Positions 48,518 through 60,024 of a DNA stretch of 64,000 nt are shown one piece after another. The stretch spans positions 2,688,001 to 2,752,000 of the forward strand of contig OY781089.1 in NCBI GenBank assembly GCA_963676565.1, given 5' to 3'. Numbering within the stretch: the stretch's first letter is position 1; each line of letters begins with the position of its first letter. The notes beneath the pieces were generated by a model that saw nothing but the letters and a program-made list of their open reading frames with translations, was not told where the DNA came from and did not search any database. A program made the translations under genes and the position numbers. Source of the DNA: Halarcobacter sp. (lineage in GTDB: Bacteria > Campylobacterota > Campylobacteria > Campylobacterales > Arcobacteraceae).

Positions 48518-50539
48518 TTATTTGATTTGCCAATCATGTGCAAATGGTTCTGGTTTAACATCTTTAATTAAAGAACTATTACCATTTTGTGCATCATCAC
48601 CTACCTCTTTAAGAAATTTTCTTAAATTTTCAGTAGAAGATAAACCTTTTAATACCTGAATACCCTCAATTTCAACTTTTAGTATTTCAGAATATAAAGC
48701 TGCAATTGATTGTTGAGACTTATCAAGTTTTGATGCATGTGCACAAAGAGCAAGCATCGCAACAAGAAGTTCAATTTTTTTACCCAATCTATGGATTGGA
48801 ACCTGTGCACCAGTTTGTTCTAGTTGATAGTACAAACTCATACCTAGGTAAAGCCATTTACATTTTCGTAGATTTCTTTCTGCATATTGAACATATGGTT
48901 TTAAATCTGCTGGGATTTCGTCATATCTTGCTTTCATTTCTACAGGAACTAATCTTCCTAATAAATGAGGAATCTCTTTTAAACCATTTCCTATAATCCA
49001 AGATATTAATTTATAAAACCCTGGTTTAGTAAGTAGTTTTAAAGTTGCAGTTGTACATCTTCCTGGATATTTCATGAAAGTTTTTAAATCAATTTTTAAA
49101 ATTCTCTCTTCTTTTGCAACTGGTTCTCCATTAATCATGTTTGCTTCTTGTAAAACACTTAACATACTTGCAACATTTTCAGATGTAAATTTTGAAGTTA
49201 TATCTTTAATCATACCCATCAAAATCAAATCATTTTCACCCTCAACAATTCCAAATACATGAATATTTGCTCTAGCTTCTGTAACTCTTGAACTTCTATC
49301 AAAACTTCTTCCACCAATAACTCTTTCACAAGAGATTAATGATTCTAAAGCTGAACTTGCTGCAAAAGATTTTGAGATATCTCTTAAACCAGCTAAATCC
49401 ACTCCATTTTTATCTTGGTTCAAAGAAAGGTGAGATAAAGCTTGAGAGGTTAATGCTCCACCTAGCATTTTTCCAATTCGTAGACGTGGTAATTCATGTT
49501 TGATAATAGGCCCACCAACACCTAATCTTTTAATTGCATAATTAACAGAATCTGATGCCATCATTCTTTGATAACCTGCACACATTGCAGTTAGCATACA
49601 TCTACCCATTCTAAGGCAATAAAATAAAACCTCTACTCCATCAGCTTTGATTTCATTTTCTACTGGAATTGGGAAGTTTGAGAAAGTAATTCTTGTGTTA
49701 TAAATTGATTTAAAGGCATCAGAATTTGAAGAAACAATATTAAAACTATATTCATCATTTTTGATATCATCTTCAGGAAGTTCGATGATAAATAAACCAA
49801 TTTTTTTACCACCTTTTCCAATTCTTGCAGCAATTGCCATAATACCACCATAAATAGCACTAGTGATATAATGTTTATTTGCAGCTCCTTCAGCAAATAA
49901 TCTGTAACAATTATTCTCTTCATCCTTTTCAACGTAAGCTTGGATTTTTTTAGCATTTACTCCAACACCTACTTCTGTTAATGCAAAAGAAGTGATTCTT
50001 CCACTAGAAATCATTGGTAAAAATATAGATTTTTGTCTATCATCTCCATATCCAAGTAATGAACTTGAACCAATTGTAAGTTGTCCAGAAATTTCAACTG
50101 CTAATGCCCCTATACCATTTGCAGCTAGTGACTCTTCCATAATTGCTAATTGATTGTAGTTTAAACCTAAACCATTGTATTCAGCTGGAACAGTAAAACC
50201 ATAGGCATTTTTCTTAGATACTTCTTCCCTTAAAGTATTTGATAACTTTCCATCTGCTTCGAAAGCTTGTCCACTTTCTAATAAATTTAATGCTGTTTCT
50301 AAAATCTCATCTGCTTCTTTTGTTTTTGCATTTTGCATTGCAACTGAACCTGCTGAGATTTCAGATAAATCTGGTTGTGGACCATAAATTAATCTTTCAA
50401 CTAAACTTGATTTTGTAATATTTAATTTTTTCATCGCATCTGACATTGCTGAATCTAAAGCACCAACATCTTGAGCTTGTACATGATCACCTGCAGCAGC
50501 TAATGCTTCCGTTGCAGCTGATTGACCATTTTTCCCCAT
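48518..50539 (-). CDS. large acyl-CoA dehydrogenase family protein
   Basis: VPAEYNGLG, SFALTE, LRMGR, IVEGENDLI. Confidence 0.85.
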   Translation of the reverse strand: MGKNGQSAATEALAAAGDHVQAQDVGALDSAMSDAMKKLNITKSSLVERLIYGPQPDLSEISAGSVAMQNAKTKEADEILETALNLLESGQAFEADGKLSNTLREEVSKKNAYGFTVPAEYNGLGLNYNQLAIMEESLAANGIGALAVEISGQLTIGSSSLLGYGDDRQKSIFLPMISSGRITSFALTEVGVGVNAKKIQAYVEKDEENNCYRLFAEGAANKHYITSAIYGGIMAIAARIGKGGKKIGLFIIELPEDDIKNDEYSFNIVSSNSDAFKSIYNTRITFSNFPIPVENEIKADGVEVLFYCLRMGRCMLTAMCAGYQRMMASDSVNYAIKRLGVGGPIIKHELPRLRIGKMLGGALTSQALSHLSLNQDKNGVDLAGLRDISKSFAASSALESLISCERVIGGRSFDRSSRVTEARANIHVFGIVEGENDLILMGMIKDITSKFTSENVASMLSVLQEANMINGEPVAKEERILKIDLKTFMKYPGRCTTATLKLLTKPGFYKLISWIIGNGLKEIPHLLGRLVPVEMKARYDEIPADLKPYVQYAERNLRKCKWLYLGMSLYYQLEQTGAQVPIHRLGKKIELLVAMLALCAHASKLDKSQQSIAALYSEILKVEIEGIQVLKGLSSTENLRKFLKEVGDDAQNGNSSLIKDVKPEPFAHDWQIK

Positions 50540-50603
50540 TCCTCGTCCTTTTTTTCACATTTCATTTTATATATTGTCAGTTTAACAACAAAAAACTTAA
50601 ATT

Positions 50604-50621
50604 TATCTTACTAGTAAAGTA
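50604..50621. promoter_or_regulatory. probable MarR operator
   Basis: TATCTTACTAGTAAAGTA (core TTACTAGTAA palindrome) between the divergent MarR and acyl-CoA dehydrogenase genes. Confidence 0.5.
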
Positions 50622-50702
50622 CTTTTAAATGAATTGTAAAATATTTTTAAGATACTTATATTTTTTATAGAAGATTAATTTAAGTTTCGCTACTCTTTTG
50701 CT

Positions 50703-51188
50703 ATGGATAAAAAAGAATTAGAATTAAGAATAGAACGGGTTAAAGAAAAGAAACCCGAAATTTACAATGATGTTTTGACTATTGTAGTCCCTTTTTATAT
50801 GTTTCACAATGATTTAAGGGAAGGTATTACAAAAATACAAGAAACTAAATATAATATTACAAATAGTGAAATTGATGTGATGAGATGTTTATATTTATCA
50901 AAAAATGATGATAATACATTAAGTCCAACAAAAATATACAATAAACTAATGTTTACATCTGGTGCTATTACTAAAGTATTAAAAAAACTTGAAGATAGAG
51001 GTTATGTTGTTAGACTTGAAAACAAATTTGATAAAAGAAGTAAACTTGTAAAGTTAACAGAAGAAGGTGCAAAGGTTTGCAAAGCCTGTTTTTCAGATAT
51101 GCTTGCATATGAAGAAAAAAGATTCTCAAAACTAACAGAAGAAGAAAAAAAGATTTATACAGAATTAACTCAAAAACTTTTACATTAA
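50703..51188 (+). CDS. MarR family regulator (positional analogue of FerC/HcaR/CouR)
   Basis: TSGAITKVLKKLEDRGYV, DKRSKLVKLT. Confidence 0.93.
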   Translation: MDKKELELRIERVKEKKPEIYNDVLTIVVPFYMFHNDLREGITKIQETKYNITNSEIDVMRCLYLSKNDDNTLSPTKIYNKLMFTSGAITKVLKKLEDRGYVVRLENKFDKRSKLVKLTEEGAKVCKACFSDMLAYEEKRFSKLTEEEKKIYTELTQKLLH

Positions 51189-51221
51189 TACTTCTTGAGA
51201 AGTTTTAATGTATCTGTTATT

Positions 51222-51827
51222 TTAAAATATTTTTCTAGATAAAATTAATTCTATACCTTTCCCACTTACATATACAGTTATTAAACTATATAAAGTAATT
51301 TCAATATTTTTAAAAACAAAACCTGCAACTATAATAATAACTGCATCAAAAAATATCAAAATATGTTGTTCTTTAAAATTAGTTTTATGAGATATTAATT
51401 TAGAAACAACTGCTGGTCCTCCTGCTGCAGCATTACCTTTAATAATAAAACCAAGTGCAACACCTACAACTATACCACCATATATACTTGCAAGTATAGG
51501 GTCAATTACAAAACCCTCAAATTGTAAAAATTCTCTAAAAAAATCTACTGTAAAAGATGTAATTAGGATTGTAATAACAGTTCTTATTCCATATTTTTTA
51601 TTTATAAATTTTATACTTAATAGAATTAGGGGGATATTAATCATTAACATTAATACCCCAAGTGGTAAGCCAATTACTTTATTTAAAATCATAGCAATTC
51701 CAGGTGAGCCACCTGGAAATATATAGTTAGGTGCTAAAAAAGTTACTACAGACAGTGATAATAAAATACCTCCAGTAAAAATATAAAGATAGTTTTTTAA
51801 CTCAACTTTTTTATTAATGTTTTTCAC
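51222..51827 (-). CDS. YitT family membrane protein
   Basis: PGGSPGIA, INIPL, AAGG; GTG start. Confidence 0.88.
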   Translation of the reverse strand: MKNINKKVELKNYLYIFTGGILLSLSVVTFLAPNYIFPGGSPGIAMILNKVIGLPLGVLMLMINIPLILLSIKFINKKYGIRTVITILITSFTVDFFREFLQFEGFVIDPILASIYGGIVVGVALGFIIKGNAAAGGPAVVSKLISHKTNFKEQHILIFFDAVIIIVAGFVFKNIEITLYSLITVYVSGKGIELILSRKIF

Positions 51828-51830
51828 TAT

Positions 51831-52613
51831 TTATGTATTCCAAGATGGATCTAGTTTTGATATAAGTCTATAATAAGCTGGCCATTCAGGGAACCTAACC
51901 TCAGCTCCTGCTTGTGCAGCTCCCCCTTCAAACTGTTCTCTTGTTCTTAAAATTGCATCTTCACTTGCTTGAATTAACTTTTCCCCTGTAGACATTGCTT
52001 TTATTTGAACTTTACAACCTTGTATTAATTGGAACATTCTATGAAAAGCCCATACTACACTATCTCCAGTTGTAATAACTCCATGATTATGTAACATAAT
52101 TGAGTGTTTATCCTCACCCATTGCTAATACTAATCTTTCTTGCTCACTTTCATCTAAAACTATTCCTTCAAATTTATGATATCCAAGTCTTTCATGGAAT
52201 TGATATGATTCTTGCATCAAAGGAATAAATCCACACTCTAAAGCACTAACTGCTTGTGTATCTGGATTATGAGTATGTAGAACACAACTTATATCTGGTC
52301 TTGCTTTGTGAATAGCAGAATGAATTACAAATCCTGCTTTATTTACTGGATAGGGACTATCATCTATCTTTTCACCATCTAAATTTATTTTTACTAAATT
52401 TGATGGTTTAATCTCACCATATAATAAACCAAATGGATTTATTAATACCTCTTCTGTTCCTGGAATCCTATATGAAATATGATTATAAACTTGTGTAGTC
52501 CAACCATAATAATCAACCATTCTATAACATAAAGCCAAATCAACTCTAGCTTGCCATTCAACTTCACTATAACCTTTTGGTGTTTGTTGTGTTTTAAAAA
52601 TATCTTTCATCAT
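51831..52613 (-). CDS. class II aldolase/adducin family protein (NovR/CloR-like subfamily)
   Basis: RVDLA, YNHISYR, GFVIHSAIH, VLHTH, LHNHG. Confidence 0.9.
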   Translation of the reverse strand: MMKDIFKTQQTPKGYSEVEWQARVDLALCYRMVDYYGWTTQVYNHISYRIPGTEEVLINPFGLLYGEIKPSNLVKINLDGEKIDDSPYPVNKAGFVIHSAIHKARPDISCVLHTHNPDTQAVSALECGFIPLMQESYQFHERLGYHKFEGIVLDESEQERLVLAMGEDKHSIMLHNHGVITTGDSVVWAFHRMFQLIQGCKVQIKAMSTGEKLIQASEDAILRTREQFEGGAAQAGAEVRFPEWPAYYRLISKLDPSWNT

Positions 52614-52619
52614 ATTACC

Positions 52620-53534
52620 CTATTGTGGTCTTTCACCCATTATTGTTGTTCTATACATCTCTCTTCTAAATCCTTCATAATCATTAAAAGCTTGATGTAA
52701 ACAGATTCTATTGTCCCACATGATAAATGTTTTTGAATACCATTTTAATCTACAACAAAAAGCCTCTTGTGTTGCAAAGTCTGCTAAAAAATTGATTAAA
52801 GGCATCGATTCAGCCTCAGTCATACCTTCAATTCCACAAGCATAAGTTTTATCTACAAAAAGTGCCTTTTCACCTGTAACTGGGTGAGTTCTAACTATAG
52901 GATGATATGAACCTTTAATCATATTCTGAGTGTTAACATCAAACTCCATATTTCCAAAGTTTTTGATTTCACCTTTGTTATTTTGTTCTGAATAGATTTG
53001 CTCAACTACTCTTTTTCCACTCATCCAAACTTTTAGTGGAGCAATCATCTCTTTCATAGCATCACTTAAACTATTATATGCAAGTACATTGTTTGCATAT
53101 AATGTATCTCCACCATAAGGTGGCATATCCTTTCCATAATTAAAGGCAACGGCAGGTGGTTTTTCTAAAAATGCAGAATCCGTATGCCAACCACTTCCAA
53201 ATACCATCTCAGTTTTTGTACTAGCTTCTTTAATAACTGGTTGAATATTTTCATGACCTTCTACACCTTTTGTGTATGCATCAGTTCCAAACTCACCAAA
53301 TCTAAGTGTAATATTTTCATGATCAGTAAATGAAATATCTTGATCTCTAAAAATGATTAGTTTATGTCTGTATAAAGCATCTTCAATTTCATTTTTAGTC
53401 TCATCATCAAAATTACTTAAATCAACACCACTAATCTCAGCACCCATTGCTGCTGCAATTGGTTTAACTTTAATATTTTTGTACTCTTTTGCACTATTAT
53501 CAAATAATCCTATTGGATGAACAATACTTCCCAT
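52620..53534 (-). CDS. TauD/TfdA family Fe(II)/2-oxoglutarate dioxygenase (RdpA-like)
   Basis: GAEISGVDL, WHTDS, GGDT, HPIVRTHP, WDNRICLH. Confidence 0.93.
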   Translation of the reverse strand: MGSIVHPIGLFDNSAKEYKNIKVKPIAAAMGAEISGVDLSNFDDETKNEIEDALYRHKLIIFRDQDISFTDHENITLRFGEFGTDAYTKGVEGHENIQPVIKEASTKTEMVFGSGWHTDSAFLEKPPAVAFNYGKDMPPYGGDTLYANNVLAYNSLSDAMKEMIAPLKVWMSGKRVVEQIYSEQNNKGEIKNFGNMEFDVNTQNMIKGSYHPIVRTHPVTGEKALFVDKTYACGIEGMTEAESMPLINFLADFATQEAFCCRLKWYSKTFIMWDNRICLHQAFNDYEGFRREMYRTTIMGERPQ

Positions 53535-53542
53535 AATAAATC

Positions 53543-54574
53543 CTATTCGTTTTCTTTTATTGCACGTCTAGCTTCATCTACAAGTTTTTGACCATCAAGT
53601 CCTTTTGCATTAACTTCATTAATCCATCTTGTAACAACTCTTTGTCCGGCTTCATTAAATTTTTTCATTTGTTCAGCGTTTAACTTTACAACCTCTCCAC
53701 CCTTTGATTCATTTTGTAATTTAATACCTGGTTTTTCAACATCCATCCAAAGTTGACCTAACTCTTTTGTTTTTTCTAAACCAGTATTATTTTCAATAAC
53801 TTGTTGTAGCTCTTTTGGTAATTTGTTAAATTTATCTTTATTCATTAAAAATAAAAATACTGATGTTCCAAATCTATCACCATTTTCACCTTCAGCCGAA
53901 TATTGTGTAATTTGGTGGAATTTAAATGGAGCAAATACTTCAAATGGGAATATTGCCCCATCAATAGCTTTTTTAGATAATGCTTGTGGAACTGCAGGAA
54001 GTGGCATTCCAACTGGCTCAGCCCCATACTCTTCAATCAACCATGCACCCGTTCTAGAAGGTGATCTTAATTTAAGCCCTTTTAAATCAGAAACATCTGT
54101 AACTTTTTTATCAACCATATGAAGTGCATTTCCAGCGGCAACATATACAACTAAAGGTTTAACATCTTTATAATCTTCTTTAATCATGTCGAAGTTTTTT
54201 TCAATTGCTACTGATGTTGCAACGGCATTCCCTTTGTGTACTGTTGGTAGTTCGTACACTTCAGTTCTTTGAAACACTCCAGGGGTATACCCTGCAACTG
54301 TCCAAACAATATCAGTTGAACCATCTCTAACTTGTTTATATAATTCATTTGGTTTTCCACCCATACTCATTGATGGAAAGATTTCTATTTTCAACTTTCC
54401 ATTTGATTCTTTTTCAATTTTTTTTGCCCATGGCACAAAAAACTTTGTATGTGCTGGTGATTTAGAACTTAAAAAGTGATGTAGTGTTAATGTAGTAGTT
54501 TCAGCATACAATGAACTACTTAATAATAATGCTCCTAAAGCACTTAATCTCTTACTTTTAGTTGTTAAATTCAT
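53543..54574 (-). CDS. dctP: TRAP transporter substrate-binding protein (start moved to MNLTTK)
   Basis: Paralog of 46544-47575; AAAAGGG RBS. Confidence 0.9.
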   Translation of the reverse strand: MNLTTKSKRLSALGALLLSSSLYAETTTLTLHHFLSSKSPAHTKFFVPWAKKIEKESNGKLKIEIFPSMSMGGKPNELYKQVRDGSTDIVWTVAGYTPGVFQRTEVYELPTVHKGNAVATSVAIEKNFDMIKEDYKDVKPLVVYVAAGNALHMVDKKVTDVSDLKGLKLRSPSRTGAWLIEEYGAEPVGMPLPAVPQALSKKAIDGAIFPFEVFAPFKFHQITQYSAEGENGDRFGTSVFLFLMNKDKFNKLPKELQQVIENNTGLEKTKELGQLWMDVEKPGIKLQNESKGGEVVKLNAEQMKKFNEAGQRVVTRWINEVNAKGLDGQKLVDEARRAIKENE

Positions 54575-54660
54575 TCTTTTCCCTTTTAATAAATTTAATT
54601 CAGTATAACGATTAAAAACAGAAAATAGAAGGCAAATTTTTAACAATTCCTGATACTATT

Positions 54661-55512
54661 TTAACATTTTGATAAATATTCTTTTGGAGTTAATTTCTCA
54701 TATTTTTTAAAAAATTTTGCAAAATATGAAGGGTTTTCAAAACCTAACTCATAGGCAATAGTTTGGATTGTTTTGTTTCTTGTTACAATCTCTCTTTTGG
54801 CTTCTAAAATTAATCTTTGGTGTATCATTTGAGTAATTGTAGAACCTGATATTTTTTTAACAATTTCATTTAATCTTTTTGTAGATAAATCCATCTTTCT
54901 TGAATAAAAATCTGCATTTTTCTTCTCTTTGTAGTTTTCTTCAATTAGATTTTTTAAAGTGATTAGTTTTTGAAAATTAGAATCAAGTTTTTGTTGTGAT
55001 TCTGGTTTTAACTCTTCCATATAGTAAAGTAGTGTTTCAAGCAATGATCTTAGAATTGAATTATTTTGATTTTCTTTGTGATACTCTTTTTTTAAAACAT
55101 CCATTATTGGAAAGAGTGTAGAGAATTTATCTGGATCAAAAGTAAGATATGGTTCACAATCAGGATTGAATAGTTTATGTAAAATCTTTTTTATGTTATT
55201 ACTATTTTCTAGTAAAAATGGTTCATTAAAGTTTATGATATATCCATCATATTCATTATTGTATTTTTTTATATTCCATTTATGAGTCTGATTTGGATAG
55301 ATAAAGTATATTCGTCCTTTTTTTAAAGGGTATTCTTCAAAATCTATATCATGGGTTTGATTATCATCTTTTGATTCAGTAATAATAACTATTTCATAAT
55401 ATCTATGTCTATGAATAGGAATAGTCCTATTCATACACCTTTGTTTTATAATAGAAATTCTAAGTTGTTTTTCGTATGTTATTTCATAACTTGGAATTTC
55501 TTTTATATTCAT
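54661..55512 (-). CDS. AraC family regulator with cupin sensor domain
   Basis: HRHRYYE, C-terminal IAYELGFENPSYFAKFFKK. Confidence 0.92.
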   Translation of the reverse strand: MNIKEIPSYEITYEKQLRISIIKQRCMNRTIPIHRHRYYEIVIITESKDDNQTHDIDFEEYPLKKGRIYFIYPNQTHKWNIKKYNNEYDGYIINFNEPFLLENSNNIKKILHKLFNPDCEPYLTFDPDKFSTLFPIMDVLKKEYHKENQNNSILRSLLETLLYYMEELKPESQQKLDSNFQKLITLKNLIEENYKEKKNADFYSRKMDLSTKRLNEIVKKISGSTITQMIHQRLILEAKREIVTRNKTIQTIAYELGFENPSYFAKFFKKYEKLTPKEYLSKC

Positions 55513-55522
55513 CTTTTAACTT

Positions 55523-56737
<1,215 letters not shown>

Positions 56738-56754
56738 TCATTATAAAAGCTTTT

Positions 56755-56793
56755 TGTTCCATATAAAATACTAATGTTCCTCTATATGGGACA
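56755..56793. promoter_or_regulatory. probable IclR operator(s) between pobA and the divergent IclR gene
   Basis: TGTTCC-TCTATAT-GGGACA at 56775-56793 plus a repeated TGTTCC at 56755. Confidence 0.5.
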
Positions 56794-56858
56794 AAAAAGC
56801 AAATTTTTCGGGAATTTAGTATAAAATATAGAAAATTTATGAATTTTGGAGTATTTAT

Positions 56859-57623
56859 ATGAACAAAAGTTCGAATCTATCTTCAGTTGAAAATGCACTG
56901 AAAATATTAGAATGTTTTACAATTGATGATACAGAAAAAAGAGTAACTGAGATTTCAAATGAACTTGGATTGGCAAAAAGTACGGTGAGTCGTCTTTTAA
57001 AAACTTTACTAAACCAAGGTTATGTAAAAAAGAATCCTACTAATCAAAAATACTCTTTAGGAAATAAAGTATTAACTTTATATAGCTCACTAATGTCTAA
57101 TATGGAAATAGTAAAAGAGGCTCATCCATATCTAGAAGAATTAGCAAAAGAAACTTCTGAGTCTGTACAACTTGCAGAACTGGATAATAAAAAAGTTATC
57201 TATATGGAACAAATCAAATCTAGTTTTCCTATACAGATTTTTGCTCATATTGGAAGAGTTAATCCCGTTCATTGTACAAGTTCAGGAAAACTATTACTTG
57301 CCTACCAAGATTTTCAAACTATTGAAAATATTTTGAGTAATGGATTAGAAAAATTTACTCCATATACAATCACAGATGAAAATAAATTAAAAAAAGAACT
57401 TTTAGAAATAAGAGACTTAGGTTACTGCTATATAGAAAATGAATTTATAGATGGTATTGTTTCAATAGCTGCTCCAATACGAGATTATAATAAAAATGTA
57501 GTAGCAGCAGTTTCGCTTGTGGGACCTATTCAAAGAATAAATGGAGTTAAAGCTCAAAAATATATAAATAGAGTAGTTCAGACTGCAAAAGATATATCTT
57601 ATAGTATGGGGTATATGTATTAG
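56859..57623 (+). CDS. IclR family regulator
   Basis: SVENALKILE, LAKSTVSRLL, HCTSSGKLLLA. Confidence 0.93.
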   Translation: MNKSSNLSSVENALKILECFTIDDTEKRVTEISNELGLAKSTVSRLLKTLLNQGYVKKNPTNQKYSLGNKVLTLYSSLMSNMEIVKEAHPYLEELAKETSESVQLAELDNKKVIYMEQIKSSFPIQIFAHIGRVNPVHCTSSGKLLLAYQDFQTIENILSNGLEKFTPYTITDENKLKKELLEIRDLGYCYIENEFIDGIVSIAAPIRDYNKNVVAAVSLVGPIQRINGVKAQKYINRVVQTAKDISYSMGYMY

Positions 57624-57666
57624 TGAAATTGGTTGGCATTACATTTTTCAACGTAATGTATAAAGC

Positions 57667-59646
57667 TTATCTTAAATCTAAAAAATCCTGAATATCTTTG
57701 CATGATTCTTCATATCCTTCTTTATCTTTTAATATTTTATATGCTTTTTCTAAATATTCGAATGATTGATTTTCAAAACCTATAGATGCATAGCAAATAC
57801 CTAATAAAGTATTATCTTCAAGTTCTCCTAAATCTTTAAGTTCTTCTAGATTATCTTTAGCTTCATCAAAGTTTTTATCATAAAAATATATTTCTGCTAA
57901 TGTTTCACAACAAATTTTAATATTAGGGATATCCTTCTGTGGCTGTAATTTCATTTTATTCTTTGCATCTTTTAAATTCTTTATTGCTTCTTCTTTATTT
58001 CCTTTGTATTTATAAATTAATCCAAAATTCAATAATGAAGTTAAAACAGAATGATAATTTTCTCCAAATTTATCTAGATATATTTGATAACCTTCATTAA
58101 GATTTAATAATGCTTCATCATAATTTTCTGCTCTCATATATATTCCCGCTAAATTACAATATGTAGCTGCTATATCTGTATGATTGTTATCTAAAACTTT
58201 TTTTCTAATAATTAAAGCTTTTTTTAAATAGTCGATTGCTGTTTGATAATCTCTTTTGATAGAATATGCTGCACCTAAATAAGTATAGTTTGATGCAATA
58301 TAATTATTATCTTTAGTATAAATTTTTTTATTAATATCAAGAGATTTTTTTATATATTTTATTGCCTCATCTGCATTATATAATTGAACATTATAATAAC
58401 CAATATTATGATAACACATTGAAAGGTCTAAAGGAGATTTTATCTTTTGATTATCATAAATCTTTAGTGCATCAAGAGAAATATTAATTGCTTCTTTGTT
58501 ATTTCCCTGCCATGATATAATTCTAGCTAAGCTAACAAGTGTCATTGCAACTGCAATTGAATCGTTACCAAAAACTTTTTTTCTTATATCTAATGCACTA
58601 CTTGTTAATTCTTTTGATTCTTTAAAAAGACCTAACATAGAATAACAATCTGATTTTTGACTATATGAGTCAGCTAAAGAATATAAGTCTTCTTTGAAAT
58701 AGTTAGTTTGAATATTTATAGCAGTATTTATATGTGAAAGGGAAGTTTTATAGTCACCATTTAAGTAATATGCTCTTGACAGATCTCTATAAATCATTAG
58801 TTCAAATATTGGATCAGATAAATTATATTTTTTATATAGTTCTATTGCCTTTTCTAAATGTTTTATTGCTTTTTTATCATCTGATATTTGATTATAAGTA
58901 GCCCCTAAATATCCTTCCAAATAATGAGTCATATTAGAATCATTATTTTCATTTAGTAATTCATTCAAAATATTGATTTTATAATCATATTTATGGATTC
59001 TTCCATACAATTCTGCAAGTTGAACTTGATAATATACATTTTTATCTAATTCTAAACCTTTAATATAATAATTAATTGCATTAGAGTAATCATTTCTTAA
59101 ACTAGAAATATCACCTAAAGTGAAATAAGTTTGTGCAGTATTTTTATTTTCATTATCTAATCTATTCAGCAATAATTCTTCAGCCTTTTCAAATTCTGCA
59201 TTAGCAATAAATGAATTAATCTGTGTATCTTTTTTATCTTTTGAGGTATTTTTCATAACCTTTTCATAAGTGTCTTTTAAAGCATTAAATTCTTTATTTT
59301 TTTCTTCTAAACTTTTATCTTTTTCTTCTAATTCTTTTAATAATCTAGTAATTACTTTTTCTGAAGGATTAATTTTTTCAGAAATTTTATTAATAGAATC
59401 TTCTGATAAATCAACTTTTGAATATCTTGAAATTAATTCAGGTATTAAAATTGAAATAATGATTCCTATGATTAAAATACCTAGAATTGTTGAACTAAAT
59501 ATTTTATTAAGTGGAAGATTAGGATCTAACAATAAATTAATAAAAATAGTAATAGGTGAATAATAGTAATACAATATCAAAAGAACAAATAGAATTGCAG
59601 CAAATGTATAAAATATATATTTTGGATTTTTCATAAATATCTTCAA
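57667..59646 (-). CDS. membrane-anchored tetratricopeptide repeat protein
   Basis: 2 N-terminal TM segments, coiled coil, multiple A..Y.NLG...KAL.I TPR units. Confidence 0.85.
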   Translation of the reverse strand: MKIFMKNPKYIFYTFAAILFVLLILYYYYSPITIFINLLLDPNLPLNKIFSSTILGILIIGIIISILIPELISRYSKVDLSEDSINKISEKINPSEKVITRLLKELEEKDKSLEEKNKEFNALKDTYEKVMKNTSKDKKDTQINSFIANAEFEKAEELLLNRLDNENKNTAQTYFTLGDISSLRNDYSNAINYYIKGLELDKNVYYQVQLAELYGRIHKYDYKINILNELLNENNDSNMTHYLEGYLGATYNQISDDKKAIKHLEKAIELYKKYNLSDPIFELMIYRDLSRAYYLNGDYKTSLSHINTAINIQTNYFKEDLYSLADSYSQKSDCYSMLGLFKESKELTSSALDIRKKVFGNDSIAVAMTLVSLARIISWQGNNKEAINISLDALKIYDNQKIKSPLDLSMCYHNIGYYNVQLYNADEAIKYIKKSLDINKKIYTKDNNYIASNYTYLGAAYSIKRDYQTAIDYLKKALIIRKKVLDNNHTDIAATYCNLAGIYMRAENYDEALLNLNEGYQIYLDKFGENYHSVLTSLLNFGLIYKYKGNKEEAIKNLKDAKNKMKLQPQKDIPNIKICCETLAEIYFYDKNFDEAKDNLEELKDLGELEDNTLLGICYASIGFENQSFEYLEKAYKILKDKEGYEESCKDIQDFLDLR

Positions 59647-59844
59647 TTTCTGCTTATTTTAACAAATATATATAAAAATACGTCTTAAAATTATTATATT
59701 GAAACTACACCCCTGAAACTTAACCTGAGGTTGAATCTCTACTTTTTATTAAGAAACGCTTCTCATGCATGATTAAGGACACTTAAAGAAATAATATACA
59801 TCATTTTGCTAAAATGGTTTATATTTTAAAGATTGGAGTAAATT

Positions 59845-60024
59845 ATGACTGCGCCAAAACAAGAAGCAAAAAAGATTATTGATTCATTGCCTGAAGATGC
59901 ATCTTATGATGAAATAATAAAAGAATTAGCTTTTGATAGAATGATTCAAAGAGGACTAAAAGACTCAAAAGAAAATAAAACTATTTCAAACAAAGAGATG
60001 AAAAACAGAATCAAACAATGGTAG
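59845..60024 (+). CDS. putative antitoxin, 59 aa (absent from the ORF track)
   Basis: GGAG RBS; MTAPKQEAKKIIDSLPEDASYDEIIKELAFDRMIQRGLKDSKENKTISNKEMKNRIKQW; overlaps the toxin start. Confidence 0.8.
   Translation: MTAPKQEAKKIIDSLPEDASYDEIIKELAFDRMIQRGLKDSKENKTISNKEMKNRIKQW

Noticed and set aside
59718..59742. GTAG-REP-like imperfect palindrome (minus strand GTAGAGATTCAACCTCAGGTTAAGT)
   Set aside because: Single copy in the window and no RAYT transposase; cannot be supported
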